A stretch of DNA of 64,000 nucleotides, from contig RSEE01000110.1 in NCBI GenBank assembly GCA_003971905.1, forward strand, positions 124,001 to 188,000. The letters run 5' to 3'. Of the stretch, positions 35,613 to 49,215 are shown one piece after another. The number at the start of each line of letters is the position of its first letter. Positions within the stretch are counted from its first letter, which is position 1. This DNA is from Moniliella sp. 'wahieum'. Taxonomy: Eukaryota. The notes under the pieces were generated by a model. That model searched no databases, was not told where the DNA came from, and saw only the letters and a list, made by a program, of their open reading frames with translations. The translations under genes were made by a program, and so were the position numbers.

Positions 35613-38095
35613 CACACTAACGCCGAGTAGCGCCATAGTAGTAGCTCTGACTAGTCCCACACAGCAGCTGAGAGGGCGCCGAGGAAGACCAGGAAAGCGT
35701 GCTCCCACGCTCTACAAGCGGACATTGCCTTAGGCCTTATGGGGGACACGGCGCCAGTAGGGTACGCAGCCAAGACGCGGCTGTGGAGAAGCGAAGGGTG
35801 CAGGGCAAGTGTGCTGTCGTGCGACCCGGAGCAGTCCGGAGGAGGCACTGGCGTGTGCAGCATCTTAGGTGTGAGGGTGTTCACCTCGTGCAGGCAGGTG
35901 CAGGCGTGGGCACGGGGGCTGCCTCCGCCACAGAAGGCCCTGCGGCACCGGGCCGCCAGTCTCAGACTGCACCAGAGGCGCAGACCGAGCGAGGCAGATA
36001 AGGCTGCTGGTGTGCCTGCACACTGTATCGTCCAAGCAAAAAGGATGGGGAGTTGTGCCCCTGTCGGCCTCAATAGCAGTACCCGTGGCTGCTCTCCTTG
36101 GGGCTGCTGGGCGAGGCTGCCGCCACACACGTCGGTGGGTACGGAAAACTACTTGCGAGTAAGGTGTCTCTGCACGGGCCAGCTCGCGCTCGCGGATCGC
36201 CCTCTCCACATACACAGACGCCGTGCGGGCCGCCTTTCACTGCAGCACATCGCACCACAGCGCACCTCAGGGTGTTCCTGCTGCCCCATAGCTTCTTATG
36301 GCCATTAGGGTTGCACTTGGCAGGGCTGCGTCGGCTAGGTCCAGTGGGCTACTCCTGTCCCTTTGCCTTTGCCGACCGAATGCATTCCCACGCCGGTCCT
36401 CCGCCGCGCGCGTCGCTCACAAACAAGTGCTGACATGCTGACACGCCTTCGGCCATCCGGCTTCCCCGGAAGATTCCTTCGTTCGCCTTTCTCTCCTTTT
36501 TGGCTGCGATATATGATGGCAGATACGCCCCCGCCGTTTGGTGCTGTCCGAGGAGACGGCATCAAACGCAGCCGCCGCTCGCAAACACCGCAAGGAAAGG
36601 GTTCCAATAAGGATCGACAATGCTAAACGCGCTAAACGTTACACGTTATTTGAGGCTCCTGATGTGGGCCCTAAAAAAGAGGGAAGGGAGGTAACTCTTC
36701 CATGGCGCCTCCCACGGTCTGACGCTCGCGCCGGCGAATGGAATGCGCGAGCGAGCTCGTGAGCAAACTCTGATGCATCTGATGTCATATGCTACAGTCT
36801 TCGTAGCACACGCAAAACCGCCTCTCAGACAAAACAGATCCAGGACCCGCATTAAATAGGGTGCGAAAAAGCACGTGGAAAAGCGCATGCGTGAGCACCA
36901 CGCGACACAGAAAGCTACTATACTTCTACTTTTGAAGTTACCATTTGTCCCCACACAAGTTCTCGAGACCCACATACCCGGAATGGACCAAGCTCTACGT
37001 TATTGCTGTCGGTATACGAGAAGATACATGTGTAGGTAGTAATGTGTGGGTACAGGGCAAAACCCCCATATCGCAAAGCAAAAAGCAACCCGGGCGCCCC
37101 CCCCCCCACCCACATATACTGACACCCCCTCCCTAATGGATCGGCGCTGCATTGGGCCTGCCCAGCCATAACTTTCTTAACTATCAAAGAACCACGAACA
37201 CATCTGTCACGGGCGACAGCGGGTATAGCCGAGCCCGGCCGAGCACATTCTCTCCCCTCGTCTCCTCCCTGTATGGCCTGTGGGTTAGGTATTCGTCAAG
37301 ACCGGACACTGAATTGAGCCTCTTGCAGGTCTGAACCCTCAGGACGCCGAGGAAACTTAAGTCCCTTTCGTATGGCTGAGGTGATTAATTCGTGCGTGAG
37401 CTTCTGAGTCCTTGATTTTATTCTTCTACTTCAATTATTTTGTCTTTTTGGTCTTGGATGCAAGTGAGCTTCAAAAGTTGAGCCCCCGGGTCTGGACGTC
37501 AGTTTCCTGATCGGACGGAGTGTCTCGTATTCGTTGTGAGAGGTTATCCCCTCATGCCTTTTTTGCGTTTGGCTGAAGGCGGAGAGCCTGCCCTGTACTT
37601 TGATGGCCTTTTCTGGGTGACTGTTCCCGTGTTCCTGGATGGGTGTGGGAACCTTTCCCTACTTGGTCTGTGCTCCTTTCTGGGAGGTTTGTGTTTTGTT
37701 CTGTGACAGGACCGGCCCTGTCTTTACCTGCGCCAACCGTCTGGCTAACTCTTCAGGCTAGGCCCGCCCATGATCATGGAGGCTGGAGAAAGGCTTCTTT
37801 AAAGGATACAACGGCATGAGGGACGTAACAGAGCGAATTGACCGCGAGCGCAAGTGATAGGTCGTGAGATCCGTTAGAACAAGGGGCAATAAGAGAGTAC
37901 GAAGAAGACAAGCTGCAGCAAGAAAAGGGAGGCTGCTAGTGCGAACCACATCACAGAGATAGTATCAGTTACAAAAATGGTATTTCCGTGACCATAGCAC
38001 GCGGTCTAATCCTAGCATCGTGCGAAGTAAACAAAGATAAACAAACACTGCACAGCAGTCACGGGAAAGCGTGACTCAGTGGGGCTCAATTTTGT

Positions 38096-40054
38096 TCAAG
38101 CCGTTCCGGGAGGCGGGTGCGAAGGGTGGGCGGTTCCTGTCAAGTGTTGTTCGGCCGACTGGACGTGCGCAATGGCCGCAGCAAGCGGATGGTGTTCGTG
38201 CGTGGGGAAAGAAGGGGAGGCACCGGTGGCTTGCCAGGCCGGTGGCGGGGTTTGGACTAGGTAGCCTTTCGTCTCGCCCCCGCCGCGAACTTTTTCGACG
38301 CGCAGCTCAAATTGCAATGTGCCCGTGCCCGCCGGGTCCAGTCGTACGTCGCACCAATTCCGTGCTCCGATAATGTACTTGTCATTCTGTTTCTGGCCAC
38401 TCAGACCTTGCTCAAACAAGCCCAGCATCGTCTCCTTGGTACCAATGTAGAAGAGCGAGCGGTGTTTTTTGGCGGCAAGTTTGTTGAGGATGCTGATGAG
38501 TGCCGCGGGCGGAGGGGTATTGACAATGGCCGAGGTAATCACGGCGAGCATGTGCTTCGGGTCCTTGGGCGCGTCCTGGTGCGTGTAGCCATAAAACAAG
38601 CCTGCTCCCCCAGCGTGCACGTCGCCCGAGATAAAGGAGATGCGCAAAGCTCGAGCAGTAGCGAGGTGCTGCAACTGCTCGACGAACCAGTTGCGCTCGC
38701 GCTTGTGCGGGCCAGCACACCAATGGTCCCCCAGGTCGTCCAGAAGCTCGGGACGTTCATCAAACGAGTTGGTAAACCCACTGCTGAATGTCTTGGCCAA
38801 CAATACCACGGGGTTGTATGAGTTGGACAGCATCTTCTCTACAAACACCATGCGCGGGTACGCCAGTGGTACACCCAGCAGTATCACAAGGTGGTTGACC
38901 GAGCTAGGGAGCTTGTACAAGTTCTGCAGCACCTTGCGGTACGTCGGCTCGCTTACCACCGTGTTGACCGTCCGCTCAGCGCGACAGTCGAGAGAGAGAA
39001 GATACTGCTGGGGCCCCAGGTAGGTAAGGAAGGTGTGACCGCGAGCACCCTTGATGAAGGGGGCGTCCACCGCACCAAAGATGATCGACTTGTTGGGATG
39101 AGTCGCCTCGTCGGTCCCATCGACCTCATCGACGAGGAACTGCTGGAAGAGCAGGTACCACCAGTAGCCGCGGGTACCAATGTGGTTAAAGATGGGGGTG
39201 GTGGACCATTCCTTTTCGTAAGTGCCAAAGCCATCGATCAAGTCATGATCGTCGGTCATGTTGACCATGGGGATCTGGGCAATGGCACGGCTAAATGCGC
39301 CCGTGGAGAACCACTCGGTACCATTGGATCCAAAACCGGTCTAGGCCAATGCGGATTTCTTCAGTCAGAGGCATGGCACCCCGCTCGCGGGCATTTTTGC
39401 TGTTGTGCCAGGCTTGAAGTTCGGGTTCGCGGACCATGCGGTCACAGTAGACTGGATCGACGGGTTAAGGTGGGCGGGGGGCAGAGAGAAAGGAGGGCGA
39501 GACGTACTCTGATCGCCGCCTCCATTGAGCACATGGAAAGGGTTGCGCTCATGTGCGCGCAGCAGGTCTTCCCACACTGGGTTGGGGCCATTGAAGTCGG
39601 CCGGGTTGACAGAGAGGGAGAAACCGTTGCAGGAGTAGGCGGCCCAGTGGAAGTTTTGCTGGGCACCGGGCACAGCAAAGGTGTAGGGACGGGTAGGGTC
39701 GACCGAGTCGGACTGCTGCTGGGGCTTGGGGGCAACGCGGCCTGGGGAGATCTGGTAGGAGCAAAGGCAGGGGTGGGGGCCATGGGGATCTCGAGCAGGA
39801 AGCGCCAGAAGGTGATGTCGCGGCGGGTCCTGTGTAGTGGTAGAGGGGTGTGGGATGCGACAGCGGTGTGTCCTGGGCGGGATCGAGAGGCGCGTTGGGC
39901 TGCGGGACACGGTCCAGACGAGCTCGGGGGCGAGGCCGGGGGTGGAGTGGGCATTATCGACAGAGATGAGGACAAAGATGCGGTAGGTGTTGCTGATGAC
40001 AGTGTCGTACTTGAGCATGGGCCCAGCGGGCACCTGGAGTGTAGGTGCGGCCAT
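38096..40054 (-). CDS. PhoD-like metallophosphatase domain protein
   Basis: YSCNGFS, GGGDQ, DDHDLIDGFG, LDCRAER, VPLAYPR, ISGDVH motifs. Confidence 0.85.
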
Positions 40055-40667
40055 GGCGGAGGGGGCGGTGGGGATGCGCAGTGGCTAATGGCTTCTGAAA
40101 CGAAAGAGCAGAGAGCAGGCGAGTGCCTCCCGATTTCTCGCGTCGCGTGGATGTTTGCAGGCGCCGAGGTAGTATTTTTGTTTCTTATTTTGCTCGCTTC
40201 GCGGGGCAGTCGGCCTGGTGCCTGGCTGCGGGTTGCAGCGCTTTCAGCGTGCGGCTGCAGCCGCACTGCGCCAGCCAGTGCCTGGGCCGAATGGATCTTG
40301 AAGCTTGAATGGCGCGCGGCTCGTCTGCCCGCGTCCCAGACCCAACAACTCCGACCCCAGCCGAGCTGCTGCCCATGTGCCGAGCTGCCGTGCCGATGCA
40401 GGCCGCGCCCACTGGTGCTCTTCCGCAGTGCGTCGTTGTTTACAGCGTACCCCGGCCGATCAGCTGGAGAGCACAACCCTACTGCTGTTGGGCGCTGCCC
40501 CATTTGCCCCACTTGCACCCACCTTTCATTCCGCCCTTCCGTCCTCGCTTCCGCTGCCCATCAGCATGCCGCCAAAATCAGACAAGCAACCCACACCCAA
40601 GTACTAAGCTGCTGACTTTGGGTACTTCTTGCCTGAGCTTCCGCTTTCGAGCCCCCTCCTTGCTCCC

Positions 40668-41688
40668 ATGTCCCCCGCCCCCCCTCCTACCAGTATCAGC
40701 GGCCTGGTGCTGGGCGTGGGCGTAGACGTGCTGCAGCTCACACGCCTCCAGGCCCTGCTGCACCGTCACAGCGTTCGCATCGCCGCCAGCAGCCCCACCG
40801 CTGTCCCCGAATTCCTCCGCCCCGGTCCCGTCCATGCAGCCCCGCCGTACACCCTAGCCGCAGCTGCCAAGCTGGCGCACCGCATCATGGCCCCTGACGA
40901 GCTCAAATCCTTCCTTGCCGCCTGTACGCGGGTCTCTCCGTCCTGATGGAAGCCCCATCATGCAGTCCCGCCCGCCCCGTCCGCACGACCGGGTGGTGGA
41001 CCCAGCGATTTTGCGTTCGCTCGCGCTTCGTTGGACCGCTAAGGAAGCCACTTTCAAGGCCCTCCAGCCCCACTTCACCCTCCGCTGGTACGACCTCCAA
41101 CTGACCAAGCATAGCCCTCTCTCTTCTCCGGGTCGCCTGGCCCGCCTCCAGCTGTCCGACGTGCCTGCCACCGCAGCCCACGGTGCCGGACCCTTACCCT
41201 GGGCGCTGCAGGACCGCGCTCTGGGCAAGAAACTCAAACGTTCGCAGCAAGCTGCCACACCAGCGTTTGAGGAAGGAGCCCATGACTTCATTCTACAGCG
41301 CGAGCAGCAGGACACGGAGGCCGGACTTCCATCCACGGCGAGAGTGGATGAAAGTCTGCCGTCTTCCAAGTCGGGCAAACCATTTTTGACATTTACGCCA
41401 GTGTTCCATAACCGATGGAGGGAAGCGCGCGCCCTAGCCCGTGGGGCACCCCCTGACCAGCCCGCTGAGACTGACCCTTCGGGGGCGGCCCCTTCGGGCC
41501 AAGGCACCCTGGATGACCCCCTGAGCGCGGCCAATGATTTACCCCCCAGTCATGACCAGCGCATCCAACTTCACCTTTCCGTCACTCACGATGCCGGCCT
41601 GGTTATGGCCCAGGTTACGGCCCAGTTGGTCCCTTTCAATACCCCCCAGCCATGGGAGGTGGATGTACTGCGAAATGTGCGATTCTAA
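40668..41688 (+). CDS. PPT2: AcpS-type 4'-phosphopantetheinyl transferase
   Basis: GVGVDV, RWTAKEATFKAL, GKP, HLSVTHDAG; long insertions; one frameshift. Confidence 0.85.
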
Positions 41689-41806
41689 AGGCATTCTACA
41701 AGGCACCGATCTTGATGAGAACGTTACAACTGGGTTATCGTATACATGCACATAGGCACTTAGGTTTAGGTTAAGCATCGAGATAGGAGGCACAGTTGTG
41801 CAGCTG

Positions 41807-43413
41807 CTAATCAAAAGTGGTTTTCGTCCCGGCGGGCGCCGCGGCCACAGGAGCACGCTGGGCCTGAGCCAGTGCCGCGCCCGGCGCAGGACGGTGGGAA
41901 GACCCGCCCTTTTTGGCGGCCCTGGCGGCGGCACGTTCTGCCTGCGTCGGCTTGTGGGCCTTTGGCAATGGGGCTGAGGGATCAAAGGGAGCTGGGGCTG
42001 GGGTGATACCGGTTGGGCTTCTCCACCGTTGGCGGGTGCCCCCATTGGCGCATGGCGGGACCAGCCTCTTTCTGTTCTTGGTCTTGCTCTCGCTTCTGCA
42101 TCCGTGCCGTCTTACCCAATCGCATCGGCTTTGGCCGATCGGTATCCAACATACGAACAGCCTTCTTGGCCCCTCGCCGGACTGCATCGGGGGACGCATA
42201 GGCCACTTCCAATTGCCGCCCAAGGAGACGGTGGGTGGCAGGCGCATCGATCAACGACGCTGTGGCATGCTCCAATGTGTGAAAGTCGACAAATGCCCAT
42301 CCTTTGCACTTTTCGGGTGCATCCTCAAATGTCCCATCCGGATTTTGCGGATCCCAGCCCCACGGATCCCCTTGGTCCCACTCTCTTTGGCAGTCTTCTT
42401 ATCCTTCGTCGAGGCTTTGGTCGACGCAGTTGCCTCACCGGCCTCGTCTGCTGCGACTTCGCCATCCTTCATCTCTGAATCGGAATCAGAGTCGGAGCCC
42501 GAACCCGAGTCGGATCCTGGCCCAGATGCAGCCTTGGCCCTTCCGGGCAGCAGCCTTCTTTTGATTCCGGTTCATCCGCTCCTCGGCTGCCCGGGTCAGC
42601 ATCATTTCAATGTCGGCCGGGGTGGTCTTGAAGCTAAGGTTGCCAAAGAAGAGGGTTTCGGCGGGGGGGGCTGTTTGCGCAGGATAGCAGCCGCCGTTTT
42701 GGGCAGACCCGGGCGGGCCTTTGGGCCTCACTCAAAGCATTCTCACCGGCTTGCACCGCCGCCGAGGGAATACCCGGCCGGCCGGAAAGTCGCCGGCCGA
42801 CTTGATGAGGAGCTTACGTCCATCCAGCATCAACTCCGACATGCGAATACCAATCTCCACTTCGGCCTGGGAAGGCACGTCGACATGGCGTACCCACGGT
42901 TCTTTCCCCCTTGCGCACACCCTTGGGCATCGCCACGCGCGAAATGCCGTGGATGCCCTTATCCTCCAACCATTCCACCAGGTGCTCCGACGTGGTCTTG
43001 AACGACATGTTCCCACACACAAGAGCAAAGGGAGACGCGCATCTTTTTCCTTCGTGTGTTCTACCTGGACTTCCGGTTCAGGCAGACCTTGTTCCCGCCG
43101 CTGCGCACTCGCTTTGGCCAACTTTCTCCGTTTGCGCGCCTCCTTATGCGAGATGGCTTCTTCCTCCGTCACCTCATTTGGCTGTTCGGATTCAGCAGCT
43201 GCTTCCTCGACAGCCTCCGTTGCAGCATCAAACGGCATCGTTCGGGGCGGGACGCTACGTTTCTTGGCCTCTTGGCCGCGGAGGTCGGGCTTGGCAGGCT
43301 TGGCTGCAAGCGCGCCTTGGCTTCGGCGCGCGCTGCCTTTTTGGCCATGCGAAGAGCTCCTTATTCGTCAGTGCGGGTGTGTCCGCAGATACGGCAGGTT
43401 CAGTGTCGGACAT
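41807..43413 (-). CDS. Two-RRM nucleolar RNA-binding protein (Nop13-like)
   Basis: CVGNMSFKTT..., LDGRKLLIK, TLFFGNLSFKTT, GIRKIRM, LLGRQLEVAYASPDAVRRG; C-terminal TKTTFD. Confidence 0.75.
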
Positions 43414-44008
43414 GGTGTCGATGTACACAAAGCGCCTGTCGGGAGTGGTGGTGAAGGGAGACTCCGCGTCTCCGCCTTGCTTCCACCAAGCCAAAACCTG
43501 CCAAAGCTGGACAAGGTTGCCTGCTCGCCCGCCCATCCCGCCAAAAAAATCGGTTGCACTTTGCACCGATTTCCACTGTGCACGTGATGTGTGATGCATG
43601 ATGCATGATGTCCTTTCCCATCTGAAGTGATCGAGTGATCATCGGTGTTGGGTTGTAATCGGTGATGGTGGGGTCACCGGTCACCGCCATCACGTGATCA
43701 GGGATGCTGCGACGCCGAAATGGAGGGAAAGGGCTGGGGCAGTGAGACGGGCGAGTATTAATTGCGCCTTTAACCCTAGCAATAATTGCCTAGGTACCGC
43801 AAAGGGGGCAGTGACTTCTTGGTTTGCAGGGTCTGTAGGCACAGGGGCGGTGTCGGGCCCGAGCCGCGTTTAGCTGGGGTATCGAGCCGCGGGGGTGAGG
43901 TGGCCTCGCAGCCTTTCACCATCTACCCAACTAGTCCGGAGGTCAAGGTACGTCTTTCCTGGTGCCAATGTTGGCGGCGCTAGCTAACGTTGGCCTTTTT
44001 CTTCGCAG

Positions 44009-44437
44009 ATGTCGACCCAGGCTTCGTCCTTCAAGCGCTACGTCGAGGTGGGCCGTGTGGTGCTCATCAACGATGAGAAGTCGCCGGTCAACGGCAAGCT
44101 GGCGGTGATTGCCGAGATCATTGATGCCAACCGGGCCATCATTGACGGGCCTACCACGGGTGTGGCGCGCCAGCCGTACCAGTACAAGTACTTGCTCCTG
44201 ACCAAGTTTGTGGTCAAGGACCTGCCGCGCGCCGCGCGCTCCAAGGTGGTCAAGAAGTACTTCGAGAAGGCCGGTGTGGCCGAGAGAAGTGGGCCGCGAG
44301 CAAACTGGGCCAAGACCCTGGCTTCGCGCGCTGCCAAGAAGTCCACCACCGACTTCCAGCGCTTTGAGATTACCCACCTCAAGCAGCAGCGGAGGAAGCA
44401 GCTGCTCGGCGCGGAGCTGAAGAAGACGGCGGCCTAA
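44009..44437 (+). CDS. RPL14: 60S ribosomal protein eL14
   Basis: FKRYVEVGRVVL...GKLAVIAEIIDANRAIIDGP...TDFQRF; intron 43948-44008 ends directly before the ATG. Confidence 0.97.
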   Translation: MSTQASSFKRYVEVGRVVLINDEKSPVNGKLAVIAEIIDANRAIIDGPTTGVARQPYQYKYLLLTKFVVKDLPRAARSKVVKKYFEKAGVAERSGPRANWAKTLASRAAKKSTTDFQRFEITHLKQQRRKQLLGAELKKTAA

Positions 44438-44818
44438 GCCTTCTTGATTGCCCATTTCAAGAGCCGTTCCTTGCCCCTCTCTCTTTGCCCCTCTGCTGGG
44501 AACGTGCCGCTGTCGTCCCGAATGAATGGACCTAGTGGCTGTCTCCCAACCGAGTCTATGGCACTACTTCGCGTGACGATTGATCGCGAATGTGGTGCAT
44601 GCTCATCCAACCCGCCTTTGTCTCCGACTTCGGGCGACAAAAACCGACTCAATTCATTGAGGATGCCTCTCATGGCGTTCATATGATGTCGATGCAGGTC
44701 GATTCGATTCCACTGTGATATCTATAGCTCCTGGATAGATAGGGACGCATACGCTAATAGCGGAGTTGGAATTACGTGGGTTGGCAACGCCAGTTGTGGT
44801 GAATCGAATAAGGGCGAT

Positions 44819-45940
44819 TTAGGCCCCAAACTTGGTCCCGGTAATTCTCGAACGCCTGGGCATAACGATCCCGGGTCGCCGCAATGATCGTGTCTGGCAA
44901 CAAAATGGGTTTCCCACCAGCCGGTTGCTTGTCGGGGCCAATGAGTTTCGTCTCCAACAACCAATCGCGCACAAATTGCTTGTCAAACGAGGTCTGGGAC
45001 GGCCCACAGCGTACGTGGCAGCATCCCAAAAGCGGGAGCTGTCTGGTGTCAGCACCTCATCCACCAGAATCAGCACCTCCTCCACCCCCGTTTGGGGGTT
45101 GACAAAGCTCGGTTGCGCCTGCACCAGCGGGGTGGAGGGCAGGTGCGCCCGGGGCACCAGTCCGAACTCGAACTTGGTGTCAGCCAGGATCAGGCCACGG
45201 GTGGCAGCATGTTCGGCCCCCGGGTGTAAACAGCTTTGGCGGTTTGAGCTAGGTGGGCAGCAAGTGCCGTTCCATACTCTCCCCGCCCAAGATCTTGGGG
45301 ACCTGGTCCGGGTGGATGTTTCATCATGGTCGCCTTGTTCCGCCTTGGTGATGGGGTAAAGAGAGGACCATTAGGGATCTTGGCGCTCTCCTCCAGCCCG
45401 GCGGGAAGGGCAATGCCATGCACCGTACCAGCCCGCTTATATTCGGCCCAGCCACTGCCAGGAAAGGTAGCCACGAACAATTGCCTCAATCGGAATGACG
45501 CTGGCGCGACGCACAAGCATCGACCGGCCCTGAGCACGCTCCAGCGCACCGGCGGACTTGGAAGTTTCCTTGAGAGCGGCAGGGAAGGTTGACACAGAGG
45601 TGCTGAGGACGTGGGACGGTACAATTCCATCCTTGTCGGAGGTGAGAAGGTCAAACCAAAAAGTAGAGATGCCGGTCAAGATCTCCCCCTTGGACGGGAC
45701 ACCCTACAGATGAATTAGCGTCTCCTTCTCTTCCTGATTAGGAGCGGGAGGGGGGAGGACGCACGTTGTCCATCAGAACGTCAAAGGCACTGATGCGGTC
45801 CGAGGCAACAAAGAGCAAGGGCGCTTCGGCGCCCTGCTCACCCTGTAGCACGGACTTCGTGTCGTATACGTCGCGCACCTTTCCCGTGCGAGAAGTGGTA
45901 GAGGCAAGTCGCTCTGCAAGACAGCGGCGGGCAGACCCAT
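44819..45940 (-). CDS. ADE1: SAICAR synthetase
   Basis: [66 protein letters not shown]. Confidence 0.95.
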
Positions 45941-46212
45941 GTTGGACGTTGTGATGAGGTCGATGAGGGGAGGGAACGGAGATAATGCAGAGCTACACGA
46001 GCGAAGACAAAAAATGAATTTGGTGCACGTGCTGAGGTAAGGGCGCACGTGCCATTTGTGCCCGATGATCGATGAGTGGGGCACACCAGCATTTCAACAT
46101 TCAATTCCACTCGCTTACCTCAGCCGGCCCCATCTTCCTGGCAAACTTCTTGCTTGTTGGCGCCAGCCATCCACGCGGGACAGCGACGCTGACACCGACA
46201 ACGACGACGACC

Positions 46213-47671
46213 ATGTCGTGCGGGTGCGTTTCTCGGACGGTGCGTGCACGAGCCGGCGCGCTGGCCAGGGCACCCCTCGCATCTGTTGCCCAGGTCCCCG
46301 CCCCTCGCTACCTGACCTCCTCCACACCGTGGCTGGCAAGAGCATCCGTCGCTTTGCCAAGAAGGACCGCAGCATTGTCAAAGTATCCGACACATGATCC
46401 GTGAGGCTGGCCCACCCATCAAGTGGACCACCGAGTCCGACTTCCGGCGTGAACCCCATCCCCTGCCTGCTTCGGTGGAATACGACGCTACCCACGCAAC
46501 GCCACCAGCCTTCATGGCATCTTCCGCTGGTCGGACGCTGTGTCCTCGTCCTTCTCCACCCTTCGGTCGTACAAAGCCCGCGGCAAGGAGGTGAGTACCC
46601 TCCCTATAATTGCACTTGGGCGTGACACTGACGCTTGTGGACAGGACAACCCCGATTTTCTCGTCCCTGGGTCTACCGTCCGCATTACTACGAGATGGCC
46701 GGGACCATTAACAAGGCCTTCGCCCAGGACCCTGCTGCACCGCGTGACCATTCGGCCTTGCTTCTGATGGGCCCGCAGGAACAGAAAGTCACACCTTCTT
46801 TACGCTATTGGCCACAGCAAGGCCAAGGGGGCGGTGGTTCGCGTATATGCCCAAGGCTGACACGCTGTCCATGAGTCGGAACGAGTACGTGTACAGCCCG
46901 GCGCTGCAAGCGTGGGTGCTGCCCAAGGGGTGGATGGATGACATTCTGCTGGATCTGCAAAAGACCAACAAGGACGTCCTGCCAGATTTGCGCACGATTA
47001 CCTACCCTGGGCTGGAGTTTGGAGCGGACAAATCGATCACCGCACTGATCCAGGAAGTTGTCAAGGAAGGCGTTTCCCCGACGCGCAAGCAGGAAGGGCT
47101 CGAGCTTATCTTCCGCTCGCTCATCGCTCAGGACAAGGTTCCATTTGTGTTTGCCCTGGAGGCGAGGCGGAGACGTGCTTTACCCCGACGGAGTACAAGG
47201 ATCCTAGTTTCCATACCCTCCAGTCTTGGGAGTTTGCCCTGCAGCGCTTTTTCCTTCAGATCTTTAAGGAAACGCGCGTTCGGCCGATCCAAGTGCCGAG
47301 CTGCGGATCAAGAAGGGGCTGGCGATTGCAGCTCAATCCTATGCACCGTCGTGGTTCCGGATGGCGTACCACTTACTCCAGGTCCACGACAAGAAGGCGG
47401 GAACGATCTGGGAGGTTATGACAAGAGGCTCAAGCCCGAGCATGTGGCCCACGCCAAGGCATGCGAGTTTACTGTGTTCAACACGGAGCGAGTCATTACC
47501 GTGCCTGAGGCGCTGGCGTTTAAGGAAGTGGCAGGCACCAAGATGGTGGTGGGTGGGATGACGCAGGACGACCTGCGTGCGCGGCTGGTAGAGAGCCGGG
47601 CAACCCCAAGCGTCGCTGGGAGCACTGCACTCGACTATGTTCCACTGGGGGCGACGGCCCTAAGCGAATGA
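46213..47671 (+). CDS. RSM23: Mitochondrial ribosomal protein mS29 (DAP3/Rsm23)
   Basis: Presequence-like N-terminus; P-loop-like LMGP..T.KS region; YMPKA..L....YVYS; TEYKDPSF..LQS; several frameshifts. Recognised from motif pattern only. Confidence 0.7.
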
Positions 47672-48252
47672 ATGTGTTGGGCACATGCAAAACTATCTCG
47701 TGGGGCAGGGAGGAGCGACGGGGGCTGCTAGTGGCTAGGTGCTCGTTACGCGTTACTCGTTACCAACCGAGGAAAAACGCCCGTTTATGACATTTCAGTC
47801 TCTCCTCTTCGTGCGTCTTGCGGTTGGGGGGTCCTGCCCATACAGGCTAGGGTTGGTAGGGTTGATGGGGAGGCACTGGCGCAGTGCCCAGGCGACAGCC
47901 ACTGGTCTGTACCCATGCTCATGTGTCATGCGTCATGCATCATGTGCCTCAAAACTGCACTTACAAAGTGTCAGCCGGGAGCTTCCGGCGGACAGTCCAC
48001 CTCCACCCCCACCGTCGCCATTGCCACCGCCACTGCCACCATCGCATCGCCATCGTCATCGACCCCACCATCTCCACCGACACCTTAATCGCAACTCCTC
48101 TTCCCAGCATCGGAATCGCTTCCTAGCTGACTGGCCTGCACCGCCCGCTACAACCGTCCATCTCGCTCTACCTGGCGCTACCAACGCCTGCGCTCTTTTC
48201 CTTACCCCCACTACCGTGTGCCTTGAGCCGCCAGCCTGCGGGCACCGCGCCG

Positions 48253-48526
48253 ATGGCAAAGAAGAAGAAGCTACCCTCAAGCAAGGCCATGGATGCCAAG
48301 AAGGTCTCGCGCCGCAGTAAGGTCAAGCCCTTTGTCAAGGCAATCATACAATCACCTATGCCTACGCGATATGCTCTGGAACTCGAGGGTTCAAGGGCGT
48401 AGTTCTCCTGACTCATTGAAGGAACGTGAAAACTAAGAAGGACGCCGTGAAGGCGGCCAAGAAGGTGCTGGAAGAGCGGTACCTGACCGGGAAGAACCGC
48501 TGGTTCTTTCCCCCTTGCGTTTCTAA
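48253..48526 (+). CDS. RPL27: 60S ribosomal protein eL27, partial or disrupted
   Basis: KKVSRRSKVKPFVK...PTRYALEL...LEERYLTGKNRWFF.PLRF*; the N-terminal KOW half is not visible; dense deletions. Confidence 0.8.
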
Positions 48527-49215
48527 CGTGCTTCTTCTTATCATATTGTTACCACTACCAACCCAGCACCACCACAATTGCCGTTTTTTTCCATCTCTGC
48601 ATCGCATATTTTACCCATTCAGGCTTTGTCATTCTTTCATCGCGCAAGTGCACGGTACCCATCTTCGCTCCTCCTTAATCGTTCGGTTCGGCCTAGTTGT
48701 GGCGTCGGTTGTGGAGACAACACCAGCCCTCATCCTCACACTGGTGTGGACGCGGATATTGGCACACTGCTTTGTCTAAAGCTGGCCTCGAACAAGTGCA
48801 TTGTATCGTTCATGTTGACTTGGGTGGGAGGTAGAAATCGAGACGGGATGGCTGGGTTGCGCACTTCGCCTCTGGGGCAAGGACGAGGCTATCCTATGGA
48901 TATGTTTGGCGTGTATAGGGAAGATAGGAGAACAGGGGCCGATCGGCAGTAGCTTGTGACCTCGGCATTCCTTTTGCATACAAAGTTTTGGGCATCCACC
49001 GGGGGGAGGGTGGCACGTTTGCCGGTATCGGTTGTTACTGAACGCCCGCGAGTCATCATACCCGGGGATGCATGGCACATTCTCATCGACGAGAGAGAGT
49101 AGATAGGAGAGATATGTTGATGAGCTGCAGAGGATGAGATTGAGGCTTAGATGCCCGGGTTGTGCAATCCCAGCCGCGAACAGTCAATCGTTCTACCGGA
49201 CCTTGGCCTGCTTCG

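Noticed and set aside
35700..38000. Hidden gene or ncRNA in the long region upstream of PMA1
   Set aside because: No conserved ORF, splice pattern or RNA fold was recognisable; a long regulatory region is usual for PMA1.
38891..40615. Long plus-strand ORFs (574 aa here; also 16478-18001, 33035-34180, 41913-43001, 59144-60022)
   Set aside because: Antisense shadows of real minus-strand genes in GC-rich DNA, with no recognisable motifs.
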